A DNA stretch of 64,000 nt from Azolla caroliniana (taxonomy: Eukaryota > Plantae > Polypodiophyta): contig JBHGNT010000017.1 in assembly GCA_043228905.1 (NCBI GenBank), positions 18,352,001 through 18,416,000 of the forward strand, read 5' to 3'. Below, piece by piece: positions 51,179-64,000 of the stretch. Position 1 is the stretch's first letter; each line of letters starts with the position of its first letter. The notes below the pieces were generated by a model that made no database searches, was not told where the DNA came from, and saw only the letters and a program-made list of their open reading frames with translations. The translations under genes were made by a program, and so were the position numbers.

Positions 51179-54100
51179 CCCAGAAGCCATCCGATAGTTT
51201 GGAGTGTTGGAGCATGGAAACTGTCACGGACGAGTAAAATAGAGTAGGAACTAGACGAGACTAAGAACGAGGAGAGAGAAAAAGAACAAGAACTTGACTT
51301 ATGATTCCGTAACTGGTGTTGTTCACCCTGATTAGAATCATGGTGCACCTACGTATTTATACAAGAAGGTAGAGGTATGTATGCTAGCTAGGAATAGAGA
51401 ATGCATGAAGATGCATGCAAGCTAGGAATAGAGAATGCATGTAAGAAAGCTAGGAATAGAGAATCCATGTATGCAAATTAGGAAAAGCCAATGCATGAGG
51501 ATGCATGCAAGCTAGGAACTTCCAATGTTCAATCTACCATCATGAAGTTGGATTTTATACAACGATGCATAGATGAATGTAGGTTAGTTGGTAGGGTTAC
51601 CCAATGGAGACTAAGAGGTTTTAGGTTCAATCCCTACCTTCCACCGTAGTGTGGCATATGTCTATGACAAAAACTATCCTTTCTTGAATTCTCCGATTCA
51701 TTCGCTCGGCAATTCCATTCTGCTCCAGACTATAGGGTGCCATATATTCACGTCGAATGCCGCTGTCGGCAAAATTTGACGAAGTCTTCAGACTTGAACT
51801 CTCCCTCGTTGTCAGTTCAAAGGCATTTCAACTTTCCACCAGATTGGTTCGAACCATTCGGAAAAGATTGAGAACATCCGATCTTTGGTTTTGATCGAAT
51901 AGGCCCACACCTTTCGAGTCAAATCATCGATAAAACTGACAAAGTACAAGGCACCACCGAGAGACTGATGTGGCAATAGGGTCACATGCATCCGAGTGGA
52001 CCAAATCGACTAGACTCGATTCTCTTGATGCTGTTGTCAAATGTGAGGCGGCAATCTGTTTGCCATACTGGCAATGCTCGCAGAATTGATGATTGGAGGA
52101 TGAGAGTTTGGGGATATATCTAGCTCTAGATAAGTGCGTTATGCGGGCCTTGCTGAGGTGTCCAAGTCGTCCATGCCATAGCAATGACACGGGAATATCC
52201 ACTATGAACAAGTCATCCTCTCTGAGTGTGACATATAATGGGTATAGAGAATGTACTTTCGGTCCTTGAGCAAGCAAGAGATTCCCTCTATGGAGTGTCC
52301 ACCCTCCGGATGAGAAGCCAACACCAATGCCGTCTTCATCAAGTTGTCCGACTAAGATCAATGGTCTTAAGAGCTCAGTCACATGTCAGACATTGTGTAG
52401 TACCAATGTAGAGCCGCTTGGAAGGTTGAGCTCTACTGTGCTAATTCCAATGATAGCATAGTGTTGCGAATTTTTGACTCGAATTGAGTCGGAATGTCGG
52501 GCCGAGTATTGCCGAAATCGCGATCGATGAAGGGTCACAAGATATGAAGCACTCGAATACAAGAGCCATGTGCTCGATTCCTTAGTCGTAAGCAGAACTT
52601 CTTATTCAATTGGGTTCTCAATGGATAGTATGTTCGGGTTGCTTGACAGTACTTCGGCTGAAGAGCCGACGTAATTGACCTCCTCATGTTGGACCCTTTT
52701 CTGATCCGCTTGCTGAGCTTTGTTGTTTTTGTATTTGAGTGCGCGACAATCGACTTTGATGTGCATGGGTTTCTTACAGTAGTTACAGATTCGATTATAC
52801 CGGAGCTTGCTCCGACTTCGTTGGTTGTTCGGTTGTTGGGAAGACCTTCCTCGACTGGTCGATTGGTCGGTCAAACCTTGTACTACATAAGCATCGTTGG
52901 GCGAATCTTTTGCAAACGATTTCCTTCAAACTGCTTCAGTCATAATTGGACTCGTGATTGAGGAGTATTTGATGGCAGCACTCGATGCGTTGCATGCAGT
53001 AGTGATGAAAGTTTCCCACGAAGAGGGGGAGATTGCTCATGAGAAACATTGCTCTTAGTTCATCTTCGATCGTCGTCCCCTGGGCCACAATTTGGGAACT
53101 TAAACTTTTGTACTCATTTAGGTGTGCCTGGAGGAGTCATATTCTTTCATCCAAAGATTATAAAGGCACCGAATCAAATATATCTTCATGGTGGGAACCT
53201 TTTTTTCATAAGTGTCTGAAAGTGTCTTCCATAGTTGAAAGGTTGTCAAACACGATTGCACTGTGAAGTACCCGGACTCTGATAAGTGCATCCGAATTGT
53301 GGCGCGGACTATTCTGTCCAGCTTCTGCCACTCAATCGGCTTGTATCCTTTCAGAGCATTTTCATTTTCGATTGGGTCGATTTGACCCTTGACTATCAAA
53401 TAGTCTTGCATTTGCTCCTTCCAGAAGTTGAAGTTCAATCCATCGAACTACCTTAGACTCATCTCTGATGAGCCATATGTGTTGGCTTGTTAGACTCTAT
53501 TCGGAGTTGACTATAAACGTTGGTGGGATGTAGACTACTGGCTCACCCGATATTGTTCTAGTCGGATTCGAACATGAGTCGAGTCGATTTCGACTATTGG
53601 TGGATTCGATCCTAGGTGACTACGACCAATTGGCCTAGTCGAATTGGACCCGGATTTTCCGATTCGATTTCGAGTGTCAATTTCAAGATGTCGATCATAG
53701 ATTATGTGCCATTTTTCTAGGTCGATTCTGCTTCGGTAACTGCAACGATGAGAGGGACGGAGCCAACTAGTCCTCCCGAATGTCATTTAGTCGAGTGAAG
53801 CATGGATTGGGGTTGTTCTCTGGTGCTCGATTTACTTTGAGAGGTTACAACAAGCAAATAGATTGTGTCTAACCTAGTAAAGCACGATCTCGAAGGCCGA
53901 TTTGATGGAGATTCTACTTTGAGTGGCTGCAATCACAAAGAAGAGGTACAACTGACTAGCTTACTTTAAGAGTGATTCAGTTCAGTAGAGTGAAAATCTT
54001 CTGTTTTTCTTTCTCTTCGCAAGATGTGATCTTGAACTCAAATTCTTCAAGGAAGACGAAGCAAGAGTGCTGTTGAAGACTGATGACGGGTGGCGGCGAG

Positions 54101-54225
54101 TTGAAGAACCTTCGCTCTGATACCAGATGTTGAGAACTAAGACCGTAAGTGTGGAAACAACAACTGTAACACGTCAAGATGAAGATCACTGAGTAGGTAA
54201 GTCGAGGGCAAGATCGGAAAAACAG

Positions 54226-54268
<43 letters not shown>

Positions 54269-54493
54269 ACACAACGTAACAACTTATTCAGAAAAAGGGG
54301 GTTACATCAATGGAGGCAGCAACCCTCTCACAATAGCAACAACCCCAACAACTGGGTTACAAAGGCCATTATATACTAAGTGGGCTAGGGAAACTGCCCT
54401 TTGACATATTTACAGAATTGTCCTAAATCTAGTTGGTCGAAGATATAATGTGAATACGGCCATTATAGACTAGTATTCGACATTGAGTCGACA
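51179..54493 (-). mobile_element. Ty1/copia element F (5' half, decayed)
   Basis: LTR 54128 to about 54493, PBS 54114-54125, gag 52600-53460, integrase 51675-52380 continuing at 51179-51221. Confidence 0.85.
51222..51669 (-). repeat. Solo LTR inserted in copia F integrase
   Basis: TGTCA...TGACA termini, TSD GAAAC/AAAAC, TATAAATA on minus, internal GCTAGGAATAGAGAATGCATG repeats. Confidence 0.8.
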
Positions 54494-56981
54494 TACTAGA
54501 TGCTCTTGGCTAGCTGTAACGAAGCCTTTCGGTTGTTCCATGTAAATTTCCTCCTCTAGGTCGCCATGGAGGAAGTTTGTCTTCACATATAATTGAATTA
54601 GCTCTAGGTCCTTGGCTGCTACTACGTTGAGTAGGAATCGAATCGAAGGGTGGACATTTTCACCATTAGTGAAAAGATCTCGTCAAAGTTGACACCATAT
54701 TGTTGTCGGAAACCCTTTGTGACTAACCTAGCCTTATACTTGGGACATGTAGAATCCAACGTCTCTTTGAGTCGATAGACCCATATGCATGGAAGAGCAT
54801 GTTGGTTTTTCGGTAGTTCGACTAAGTCCCATCTCTTATTGTACCGAATGGAGGTAATCTTGGACTCCATCGCTAAGTGTTAGGTGGCCAAGTTAGCGCA
54901 AGCCGATGCTTCTTCATATGATGTCGGCTCACTGACGAACTTCGTGAAGAAGAGTCTGAGAGAGTAGCTCTACAGTGGCTGCGATAATCGTTTTGACTGT
55001 CTAGGGACGATTGTGCTCGCTGGATCATCACTGATGACCATCTCTTGAGTAGCCGATCCACTCTATGAGTTGCTACTTGGGTGAAAGCATGCACTGAATG
55101 GAAACACTATTATAGCTGCTAACATGTAACTAAAATGACCACAACTAAGTAGTTTTTTTATAGAAACTTTTTAGGGAGAGAGTCTTAAAGATACATATAA
55201 TTTATTACGGGGATGGAAATATTACCATTTATGGTTCACATTTTAGTTGGTCTTTATTTGAGACCACATTCTAATGATCCCTAAAATTGCCAAGATATGC
55301 AAATTACATGCAGCTTTTAGCATAACTCATTAGTTATAAGGATACAACTAATTGTTCCGATTCCCATGCTTTCACCCACTTAGGCTGCTCTCTGAGTCAG
55401 CTTGTCCCGTAGAAGCGGCTTGCCATGTTGCCGCTCTCGTATGTTGTGATGGGTCGTCAAGAAGAGTCACGACGTCCGAAAAAGTGACTCTTCTGACTTC
55501 AATCGGCCTTTCAACCGGCTTGTACATTTCCGACTCATTGAAAACGATGTTCGAACTTCAGGCAGTTTTTCTGTTTTCTGGATCCTAGAGTTGATAGATG
55601 TATTCGCCTTCTGATCCATAACAAAGGAAAATGCATTTCTGGGATCATGGCTCAAGCTTTCAACAATCATCCTCACGCACAAGTGTGAATGCTTGGTGAC
55701 ATCATACATGTTGATTATGTGCACTTCATTAAGTAGCGTCTTGGACTAACCATTCAATAGTTCGGCGTTTTGCATCATGGCAACAATTTGCTCCTGAATT
55801 GTCCGATTCATTCTTTTTACAACATCGTTCTGTTCTGGACTATATGGGGTTGTCAACTCTCGTCTGATGCCACACTGTCGGCAATATCTAGTGAACTCGT
55901 CCGATTGGAATTCTCCACCATTATCCAATCTTAAGCATTTCAACTTTTGGCCTGACTGGTTTTCAACGATTGCTAGCCATTCTTGAAAGATCGTGAACAC
56001 TTGATCTTTGGTTCTGATTGGATATGCCCATGCACACTTTTCTTGTCAAGTCATTAATAAATTTGAAGAAGTAGGAGGAGCCACCGAGAGACTCATGTGG
56101 CATTGGGCCACAGACATCCAAATGGACCAAGTCAAGGGGACTCGACTCTTGCGGCTTTGTGTTCGGGTGTGAGGTTGCAATCTGTTTTCCATATTGGTAG
56201 TGTGGTGGTCGGAGAATGAGAGCTTGGGGATGTATCCGGCTTTAGATAAATGCGTTATGTCGGCCTTGCTGAGGTGTCCGAGTCGTCCATGCCATAAGGT
56301 CGACATGGGGATGTCTACCAAGAATAGGTCACCCTCTTTGACAGTGACATATAGTGGGTACAATGAGTGTACTTTCGGTCCTCGAGCAAGTAGGAGGTTT
56401 CTTCTGTGGAGGGTCCACCCTCTTGATGAGAAGCCAACACAGATGCCATCTTCGTCCGGTTGTCCGATTGAGATCAAGTTTCTTGAGAGCTCAGGTACAT
56501 GTCAAACATTGTGTAGTACTAGTGTAGAAAGGGAAGGTTGAGCTCTACAATGCCGATTCCAATTATAGCACAGTGCTGCGAATTTTCGACTCGGACTGAG
56601 TCAAAATGTCAGGCCGAATTTTGCCGAAAATGGGATCTATGAGGGGTCACATAATAGGATGCACCCGAATCTGGGAGCCATGTGCTCGATTCCTCAATTG
56701 TAAATAGAACTCTGGGTTTTCAATGGATAGTATATTAGGGTTGTCCGTCAATACTTCGGTTGATGAACCGACGTAGTTGACCTCCTCCTATCAGCCACCC
56801 TTGTGATCAGCTCTTTGAGCTTTGTCATTCTTTGCTTTAAGGGCACGGAAAATGGCCTTGATGTGTCCAGGTTTCTTGCAATAATTGCAGGTTCGATTAT
56901 CCCAACACTTGCTCCGACTTTGGTGATTTGTTGGCGGTGGGGAAGAGCTTCTGCCTCGATTGTTCGGTCAGTCAGCCGAAC

Positions 56982-59900
56982 TGTTGAGAATCAAGCTCAA
57001 CTTGGTCTAGTGTGTGAACTCACATTGAGAGTGAATAGACACTCCAACAGTCAAGAGTCACCATTAAGTCACCACTTTGTATTCTAGCATTTAGTATGAG
57101 TCATAGAATCATATTCTATCACATATAACTTATGAGCTTTCACATTCCCCATGCTCCATGAGTCTTGTAGTTAATGAAGAGAGAGGGTGACTATATAAAG
57201 CACCCTCCTCCCACCTTGTATTATGTTGAGTCTTTCTCCTTTGTTATCGATGATGATGAGATGGTTCAAATATTCCTCGGCGGCCTCACACCGCGGTTCG
57301 GCGCGATGTGAACCGCCGTTCTAGCACGGGAGAAATCTCCCTCCTTCTTCGAGCTCCAAGCAATGCTATTGGTCGAAGAAAACCACGTGTGTACAAGGAG
57401 CAATGAGTCGGAAGGACACATGCTCTACACGCACTCGAACAGAGGAAGAGGATGCGGATGGTCGAGAGGCCGATTTGGCCAAGGACAAGGCGGACGAGGT
57501 CCGACCTACGATAACAACTCCCAATTTCGGCCGCAAAACGGAAGCCAACGAGGAACCTTCGCAAGAAGGGGGAGCTTCCTGTCCAGCCCAAACCGTCAAA
57601 ACGCAACCGAATGCGGATATTGTGGAAAGCTCGGCCACCACGAAGAAGAGTGCCGAAAGAAGATGCGTGAATCAGCTTCCACAAGCCGACAACTCACGAA
57701 TTACGCGCACAACTCCGACTACAAAGACCGTGGCGGAATGTATGCACACAACTCCGACCGTGGCGAAATGTACGGGCACAACTCCGACTACAAAGATCGT
57801 GGCGGAATGTATGCACACAACTCCGACCGTGGCGGAATGTTCATGATGAAACATAGAGCAAACTCTATGTCGGCCTCTACCTCAACTAGTGCCTCCGGTC
57901 CGGAATACGTATGGTTCGTCGATTCCAGTGCCTCGATCCATATGACATCGCATCAAGAATGGTTCCGAGAACTTCGAGAGCCGGACCGACCCGACGATGT
58001 CGAAACCGGGGATGACACTACACACCCGATTCGACACATCGGCAATGTTCCGTTCGGAAAAGAAGGTAAAAAATTACATTAAAAATGTCTTGCATGTACC
58101 AACCATTACGAAGAATTTGGTCTCCATCGACCAAATTGTAGAGCAAGGGATGCAAGTTTGATTTAATCAAGGTGGTTGCTTCATCAAAAAAGAGGGTCGA
58201 CTCATTGCACGCGGACGAAGAGAGGGCTGAATGTTCATTCTCGACTCACACGAGATGAAATCGGCCATGTTCGCAAAGGGCATGAAAGACGACTCCGACA
58301 TAGAGTTATGGCACAAGCGGATTGGCCATATAAATCTCCAAAAGCTCAAAGCAATGAAATCGAAAGGAGTCGTCATTGGACTCCCAACATCAAAAGAGAA
58401 GGAGATTGAAGGTGTATGCGAAGCGTGCCAATTCAGCAAGCAACACCGACACCCATTCCTGAAAGAGCGGAACGTGAGCAAAGGTCTACTCGACGTAGTC
58501 CATTCCGACGTATGGGGACCGACGTAGATGGCTACATTCGGCTCGTGCTGATATTACGTGCTCTTCATCGACGACTTCATCGAAGAAAGTCCGATCACGA
58601 CCCGATTGAGCGAACCACAAGAGCCTTTGAGCAATCAAAGCACATCATGGCCTAGCCCGAAGATGGACAAAGGCAAGGCAAAAATGTCGGAATACGAAGA
58701 CGATCGCTTCAACGACGATGAGTCAACTCACTCACTCGACAATGAGTTCGGCGGTTTCGAGGTACCAATCGGAGCTAAGAAAGCCGTTATCTCTACAAAT
58801 GAAAAACTCCGCCGTTCCACTCGTGAAAAGAACCCCGTAAGCCGATTCGGCTACAACGATTATATGGCGTACCATTACGCCTTTATGATGAAGGTAGCGA
58901 CAGTACGGGAGCCGGAAACCTTTTCGGAAGCCGCGAAGGACCCGCGATGGATTGAAGCAATGAATGAGGAGATGCAGGCACTACAGAAGAACGAGACGTG
59001 GGATCTCGTTCCCACCTCACCATACAAAAAGGCGATCGGATGCAGATGGATCTACAAGGTCAAGTATAACGCCGATGGCTCCGTAAACCGCTACAAAGCG
59101 CGACTCATAGCGAAAGGCTACGCCCAAACGCACGGAGTTGATTATGAGGAGACCTTTGCCCCGGTGGCAAAGATGATGACGGTACGGACCGTAATTGCGT
59201 TGGCCGCGGCGAAAGGGTGGCACCTCCATCAAATGGACGTCAAGAATGCCTTTCTACAAGGATAATTAGAAGAGGAGATGTACATGATACAACCACCTGG
59301 CTTCAACTCGAGCACCCATCTGAAAGTTGTTTGCCGACTCAAGAAGCCACTCTACGGCCTCAAAATCGGACAACTCCCTCTACATATGAAACGATTCCGC
59401 AAGTTCGATCGTCATCATCTTATATGTGGATGACCTAGTCATTGGAGGTGAGCATCTCGTCGAAATCAATAAAGTCAAATCCCTCCTCTCCGATAAGTTC
59501 GAGATGACGGACATGAAGGAGCTCCACTACTTCCTCGGCATCGAGGTAATTCGGACTCCGGCCGGAATCGTGATCTCTCAATGGCACTACATCCTCAATT
59601 TTTTATACAAGTTCGCGATGGCTGAGTGCAAATCCGCGGCAACCCCGCTCAATCGCAATCTCAAACTCGATGCGAACTCCGGCACCAAAGCATGTGAGCC
59701 GACCCAGTATCGGCAACTCATCGGGAGTTTGATCTACCTCACAATCACTCAACCCGATCTCAGTTATCCGGTCGGTCTCCTTAGCCAATTCATGCAAACA
59801 CCGCGTGATACTCACTTGGAGTGCACTAAGCGAGTTCTACGATACGTGAGCGGCACAATGGATTACGACATCCTGTACAAGACCGCGATGCCAATACGAC

Positions 59901-61033
59901 TCGAGGGGTACACAGACGCCGATTGGGCCGGCTACAAAGCCAATAGAAGATCAACCTCCGGATTTGTTTTCTCCCTCGGCAGCGGAGCAATCTCCTAGAG
60001 CAGCAAAAAGCAACTAATTGTCGCTCTTTCGAGCACAGAAGCGGAATACAGGGGCGCGGTAGTGGCCACATGTGAAGCCGTATGGCTCAAAAGGATACTC
60101 AAGGATCTGGGCGTACCCATCAAGGATCCGACTTTCCTTTATTGCGACAACATGAGCAGTATCTATCTGGCTCGGAACCCGGTGTTCCACGCGCGGACAA
60201 AGCACATCGAAGTCCACTATCACTTCATCCGAGAGCGCGTTCTAGCTGACGATGTTGACCTACCACACATTAGCACCAATCTTCAAACGACCGACATCTT
60301 CACTAAAGCCTTAGGAGCCGACAAGCTGTGGCAATTCATGACCGATCTCGGATTGACGATCCCTGACATGCCAAACTTGAGGGGGAGTACTGAAGACGCT
60401 ACGCAATAACGCGTGGATTCCGCAACCACGCAACGAACACTACTGCGCAAAGCCACGAAGAAAGACGCAAGCCGAAGTACAGACTTCGCAACTACGCACA
60501 ATGCAAGCTGGAGCACGGATTCCACAACTCCACATAAATGCGAGTCGACACGAGTCGACGCGGACTCCAGAACACGAGTCGAAGCGGATTTTGGATACCG
60601 TCTTAAACCGACCCGACTTGAGCTTGAGGGGGCGTGTTAAGAATCAAGCTCAACTTGGTCTAGTGTGTGAACTCACATTGAGAGTGAATATACACTCCAA
60701 CAGTCAAGAGTCACCATTAAGTCACCACTTTGTATTCTAGCATTTAGTATGAGTCATAGAATCATATTCTATGACACATAACTTATGAGCTTTCACATTC
60801 CCCATGCTCCATGAGTCTTGTAGTTAATGAAGAGAGAGGGTGACTATATAAAGCACCCTCCTCCCACCTTGTATTATGTTGAGTCTTTCTCCTTTGTTAA
60901 TATACTTTTACCTTGCGTATTCTCTATGTCTTATTCCTTCTCTCTCACTCACTCACTCACTCTCTCTCTCTCATACACACACATAACTCATATCTCTTCC
61001 GCTTCACAAGAATCTATCTCTTGATTCTTTACA
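56982..61033 (+). mobile_element. Ty1/copia element H with internal deletions
   Basis: 5' LTR 56982-57246 (truncated), 3' LTR 60635-61033, TSD CGAAC/CAAAC, gag, RT and RNase H remnants, integrase core deleted near 58580. Confidence 0.92.
57702..57840 (+). repeat. In-frame higher-order tandem repeat (39+30 bp) x2
   Basis: Encodes YAHNSDYKDRGGM/YAHNSDRGEM/YGHNSDYKDRGGM/YAHNSDRGGM. Confidence 0.9.
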
Positions 61034-61509
61034 CAAACCTTGTACTACATAGACATCACTGGCCGAATCGTTTGCAAATGATTTCCTCCGAGCAACTTCC
61101 GTCACGATTGAGCTCGTGACTTCGGCTTATTTCACGGCAATAGTCGACAATGAGTTGAAGAACCTCATGCTCTGATACTAGATGTTGGAGTTTTAGATCA
61201 TCAGTGCGGAAACAAGAACAACATATATGCTAAGAAGATCACCAAGTAAACAAGACAAAGCAAGATCAAAGAGATAGAGTGAGAGAAAGAGAGACAAAGA
61301 AAAGCACACAACATGTAATTGTGTTATTCAAACATAGAGTTATAACAAAATGGAGGTAACAAGAACTTGAGCTAGGTTACAAAACCAATTATATACTAAT
61401 TGGGTTAGGGCAACTGCCCTTCGACATATTTATAGAATTGTCCTAAACCTAGTTTGTTCAAAGGGACAATGTGAGTGTGGCCATTATACTCTCGTATTCG
61501 AAAAGGAAG

Positions 61510-62300
61510 ACCATTGTTGGATGAAGTCTAATCTTTGTCTTTCAACTCCATCGGATGCTCCCGGGAAGTCATCGTATTGGCTCTTTAGAGTGGTACAACT
61601 TCACTCCATATCTCCTGCAATAATATTGCGTGATGCACGGTTTGATTGGAGACCGTCTACACCGTTGTTTTTAGAGAATCCAAAGAGTTATTGGGTTAAC
61701 CAATTCCAATACAACTTGAGCTTTGACATTAATAGGAGTTGAGTGGATTTTTTTGTCTATGGTGGAAAACAAGATCTCTTGTGTTTTAATCACCAACGTC
61801 ATCCCCTCCTCCTCATGTTTGTACTTGTCAATTGGGGCCTGCCATGATAACCAACATACATTCCCCCAGTTTATTGTGCCTTGCACATGGCATAATTGCA
61901 ATAGTTGGATAACCCCCCTTCATATTCGAATGGGTCTCTGGGCAATCCGACAAAGTGTGTTGGATTGGCTCTGTTGCATTTGGGCATGCTACACAATTAG
62001 GAGAGCTAAGGATCCCACGTTGCCACGATCCAACCGGTAGTGACCTATGTATTAATAGTCATTGGAACGTGGTAATTCACCTGTTTTATTCATCTTTGAT
62101 GTTGGCTAATTTGTTGTGCTCACCTTCTTTTTCTATAGTCTATATTTACCTCCTCTTTAATGTTTCAACTCAACTTTGATTTTCTTGGGTCCTTCAGGCC
62201 ATTCTTCACCATCGTGCTTCATATTTAGCTCAAAGATCTTTGTTGTCTACTTCAAGTGTAAAGAAATAACATTATAATGGATTAATGATTGTATTTGAGG
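61510..62300 (-). mobile_element. Degenerate L1-type LINE ORF2 C-terminal fragment
   Basis: Minus strand SLPVGSWQRG..CVACPNATEPIQHTLSDCP (zf-RVT-like) and ITLWIL*KQRC. Boundaries approximate. Confidence 0.55.
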
Positions 62301-64000
62301 GTATCTTTGAGTTAATCAAATTGTGAAGTGTTTTCTTGAGGTCTATTAAGCAAACAAAAAATATAAAAAATGATTTGATGTTTTCTTTATTTTGAAGTCC
62401 TTTATCATATTTAACATTTTGGCCCAATTGTCATTCTTAACAAACTATAACTTCCCTATGTGACAAGCTACATTTTATCCTAATGAATAACCCTCAAACA
62501 TTACTAGGAGATACTTCACATATGTGGTACCTACTGGATTGGTTGACCTTTGACTTGGAACCCAATATTTTCTCATAGAGTCATCGGTTGAGGTGGCATG
62601 CTTGTATTTATCACAACGTGAGAAGTGGGACAATGAAGGAAAGAAATCGTGTTTCAAAGTATGCCAATAATATAAGTAATAATTCATGCCATGATTCTAA
62701 AGTCTAATAAAATGAACATGAGAAGAAAAAAGAAAAGTATTTGACACGCGTAAAGCAAGTTAAGGAATCATATATGACCGTGCAATTAGACTTGTTTTTG
62801 TCAATATTTCACGTATGTCCAAATGAACAGTGGAGATTTTGTCTCCATAATCAATTTAATGCAATCAAATGGTTCCTATTTAGCCACATGCAAAGTTTAT
62901 GTCAGTCACAATATACAAAGTAGTGTGATTATAAGGGTTACGTGCTATAACATTCCAGACTTGAGCATATGCTTGATGGCTCTCTAACTTTATACATAAT
63001 GTTACCCTATGCAATAGTTAATATCCACATTATGTATATGCATGGATATTACCATTTGGAGAATATGTTTTTATATCTCTATGTACCTACTTGCACTAGA
63101 TAGACAATATGAGAGGATATGTATGTAGCCAAATGCCTTTTAAAATGTAAATAGAAAACTTTAAAAAAGACATCCGAAAATAAAAAATAAAAATGTAGTG
63201 ATCATTTTTACTAGAGTTGTACTATCTCCAAAAACATACAAGAAATTGTACCAATTTTGGCATGCGTAATGGCAAGTTGCATAAAAAATAATGTTAAGCT
63301 TTAGTAATTACCAATGTTCATTACCTCGGTTTCTATGTAGGTAGACTTGGTCAAGGATTATTAATAGAGGGTCAAAATGCCCTTTGTAGGTGGGTTTGAA
63401 ATACTCAATCTATCTAAAGTTGATGCATATATGCATATTTGGTTTTTGGTACACATGACAAAAATTTCATGACCAGATTTAACCCAAGTTTGGACCTGTT
63501 ATTGATTCCTAAGTTATGATGTATATTTCTCTCCTAAAAAAGGAATGCAACCATTGTGCAAATCCCAACTTATAAAGCAATGCTTTAGATGATCTTAGAA
63601 TGCAATGATCATTTCAAGTTGGTTACTCATATTGTCTTCGTTGAAATTTAACCTGATGTTTATTTCTTAGAAGATAATATAAGCACCGATGGGGTAGGAA
63701 CATCAATGGTGCCACAATAGTCCACATGAGGTTTTTGTTATTACATGCATCCTTAATAAATGACCAAAAAATATCTTAAGGTAATATTCATTAGAGTTGC
63801 AAAAGATTGTCAACAACTCAACATACTCTGGCTTTAATATATGTAAATTGGTCCTACATATGACTTATTGTGATAATAAACTGATGGCTGCGTTATATAA
63901 ATGAAACGCGAATCTTATTGTGCACATTTCGAAAGTACAAAGATATATAGAATTGTGGCTCAAGCAACATCATATATTCTTGCAGTTGGGTGAAATGTAA

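Larger units (their letters stand above)
54494..61501 (-). mobile_element. Ty1/copia element G (F family, decayed), interrupted by copia H
   Basis: RT fragment 54500-54870, integrase 55746-56477, gag split at 56981/61034, mutated PBS 61169-61180. LTR from 61183 is homologous to 54128-54480. Confidence 0.8.

Noticed and set aside
55105-55352. AT-rich insert in copia G starting CACTA
   Set aside because: No matching TAGTG terminus or TSD found, so I cannot call it a CACTA element or MITE.
57702-57840. CRISPR-like short repeats (also 21230-21360 and 51385-51520)
   Set aside because: Contiguous tandem units without unique spacers, inside eukaryotic TEs, with no cas genes.
62300-64000. AT-rich tail of the window
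   Set aside because: No interpretable coding or repeat structure by eye.

Overview
Plant nuclear DNA, most likely from a fern or related non-seed plant; this is inferred from the TE lineages and a DYW:WW-like PPR remnant. Two blocks of deeply nested, decayed retroelements (1-28.1 kb and 43.3-62.3 kb: Ty1/copia, Ty3/gypsy, a chromovirus, LINEs, solo LTRs) flank a gene island. The island holds a 5-exon eIF5A gene and two tandem PLS-class PPR genes. Most notable observations: (1) a 3.6-kb LTR element with two inward-facing tRNA-Arg primer-binding sites and no polypurine tract; (2) small upstream exons that fuse an OSB-type PDF ssDNA-binding-like motif to the PPR arrays, with a decayed DYW deaminase left behind the stop codon; (3) antisense tRNA-like A/B-box cassettes in U3 of three unrelated LTRs; (4) a copia family with a duplicated PPT, a Pol extension and a hairpin over the PPT. 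All alignments were done by eye, and tRNA and domain consensus sequences are recalled from memory, not searched.
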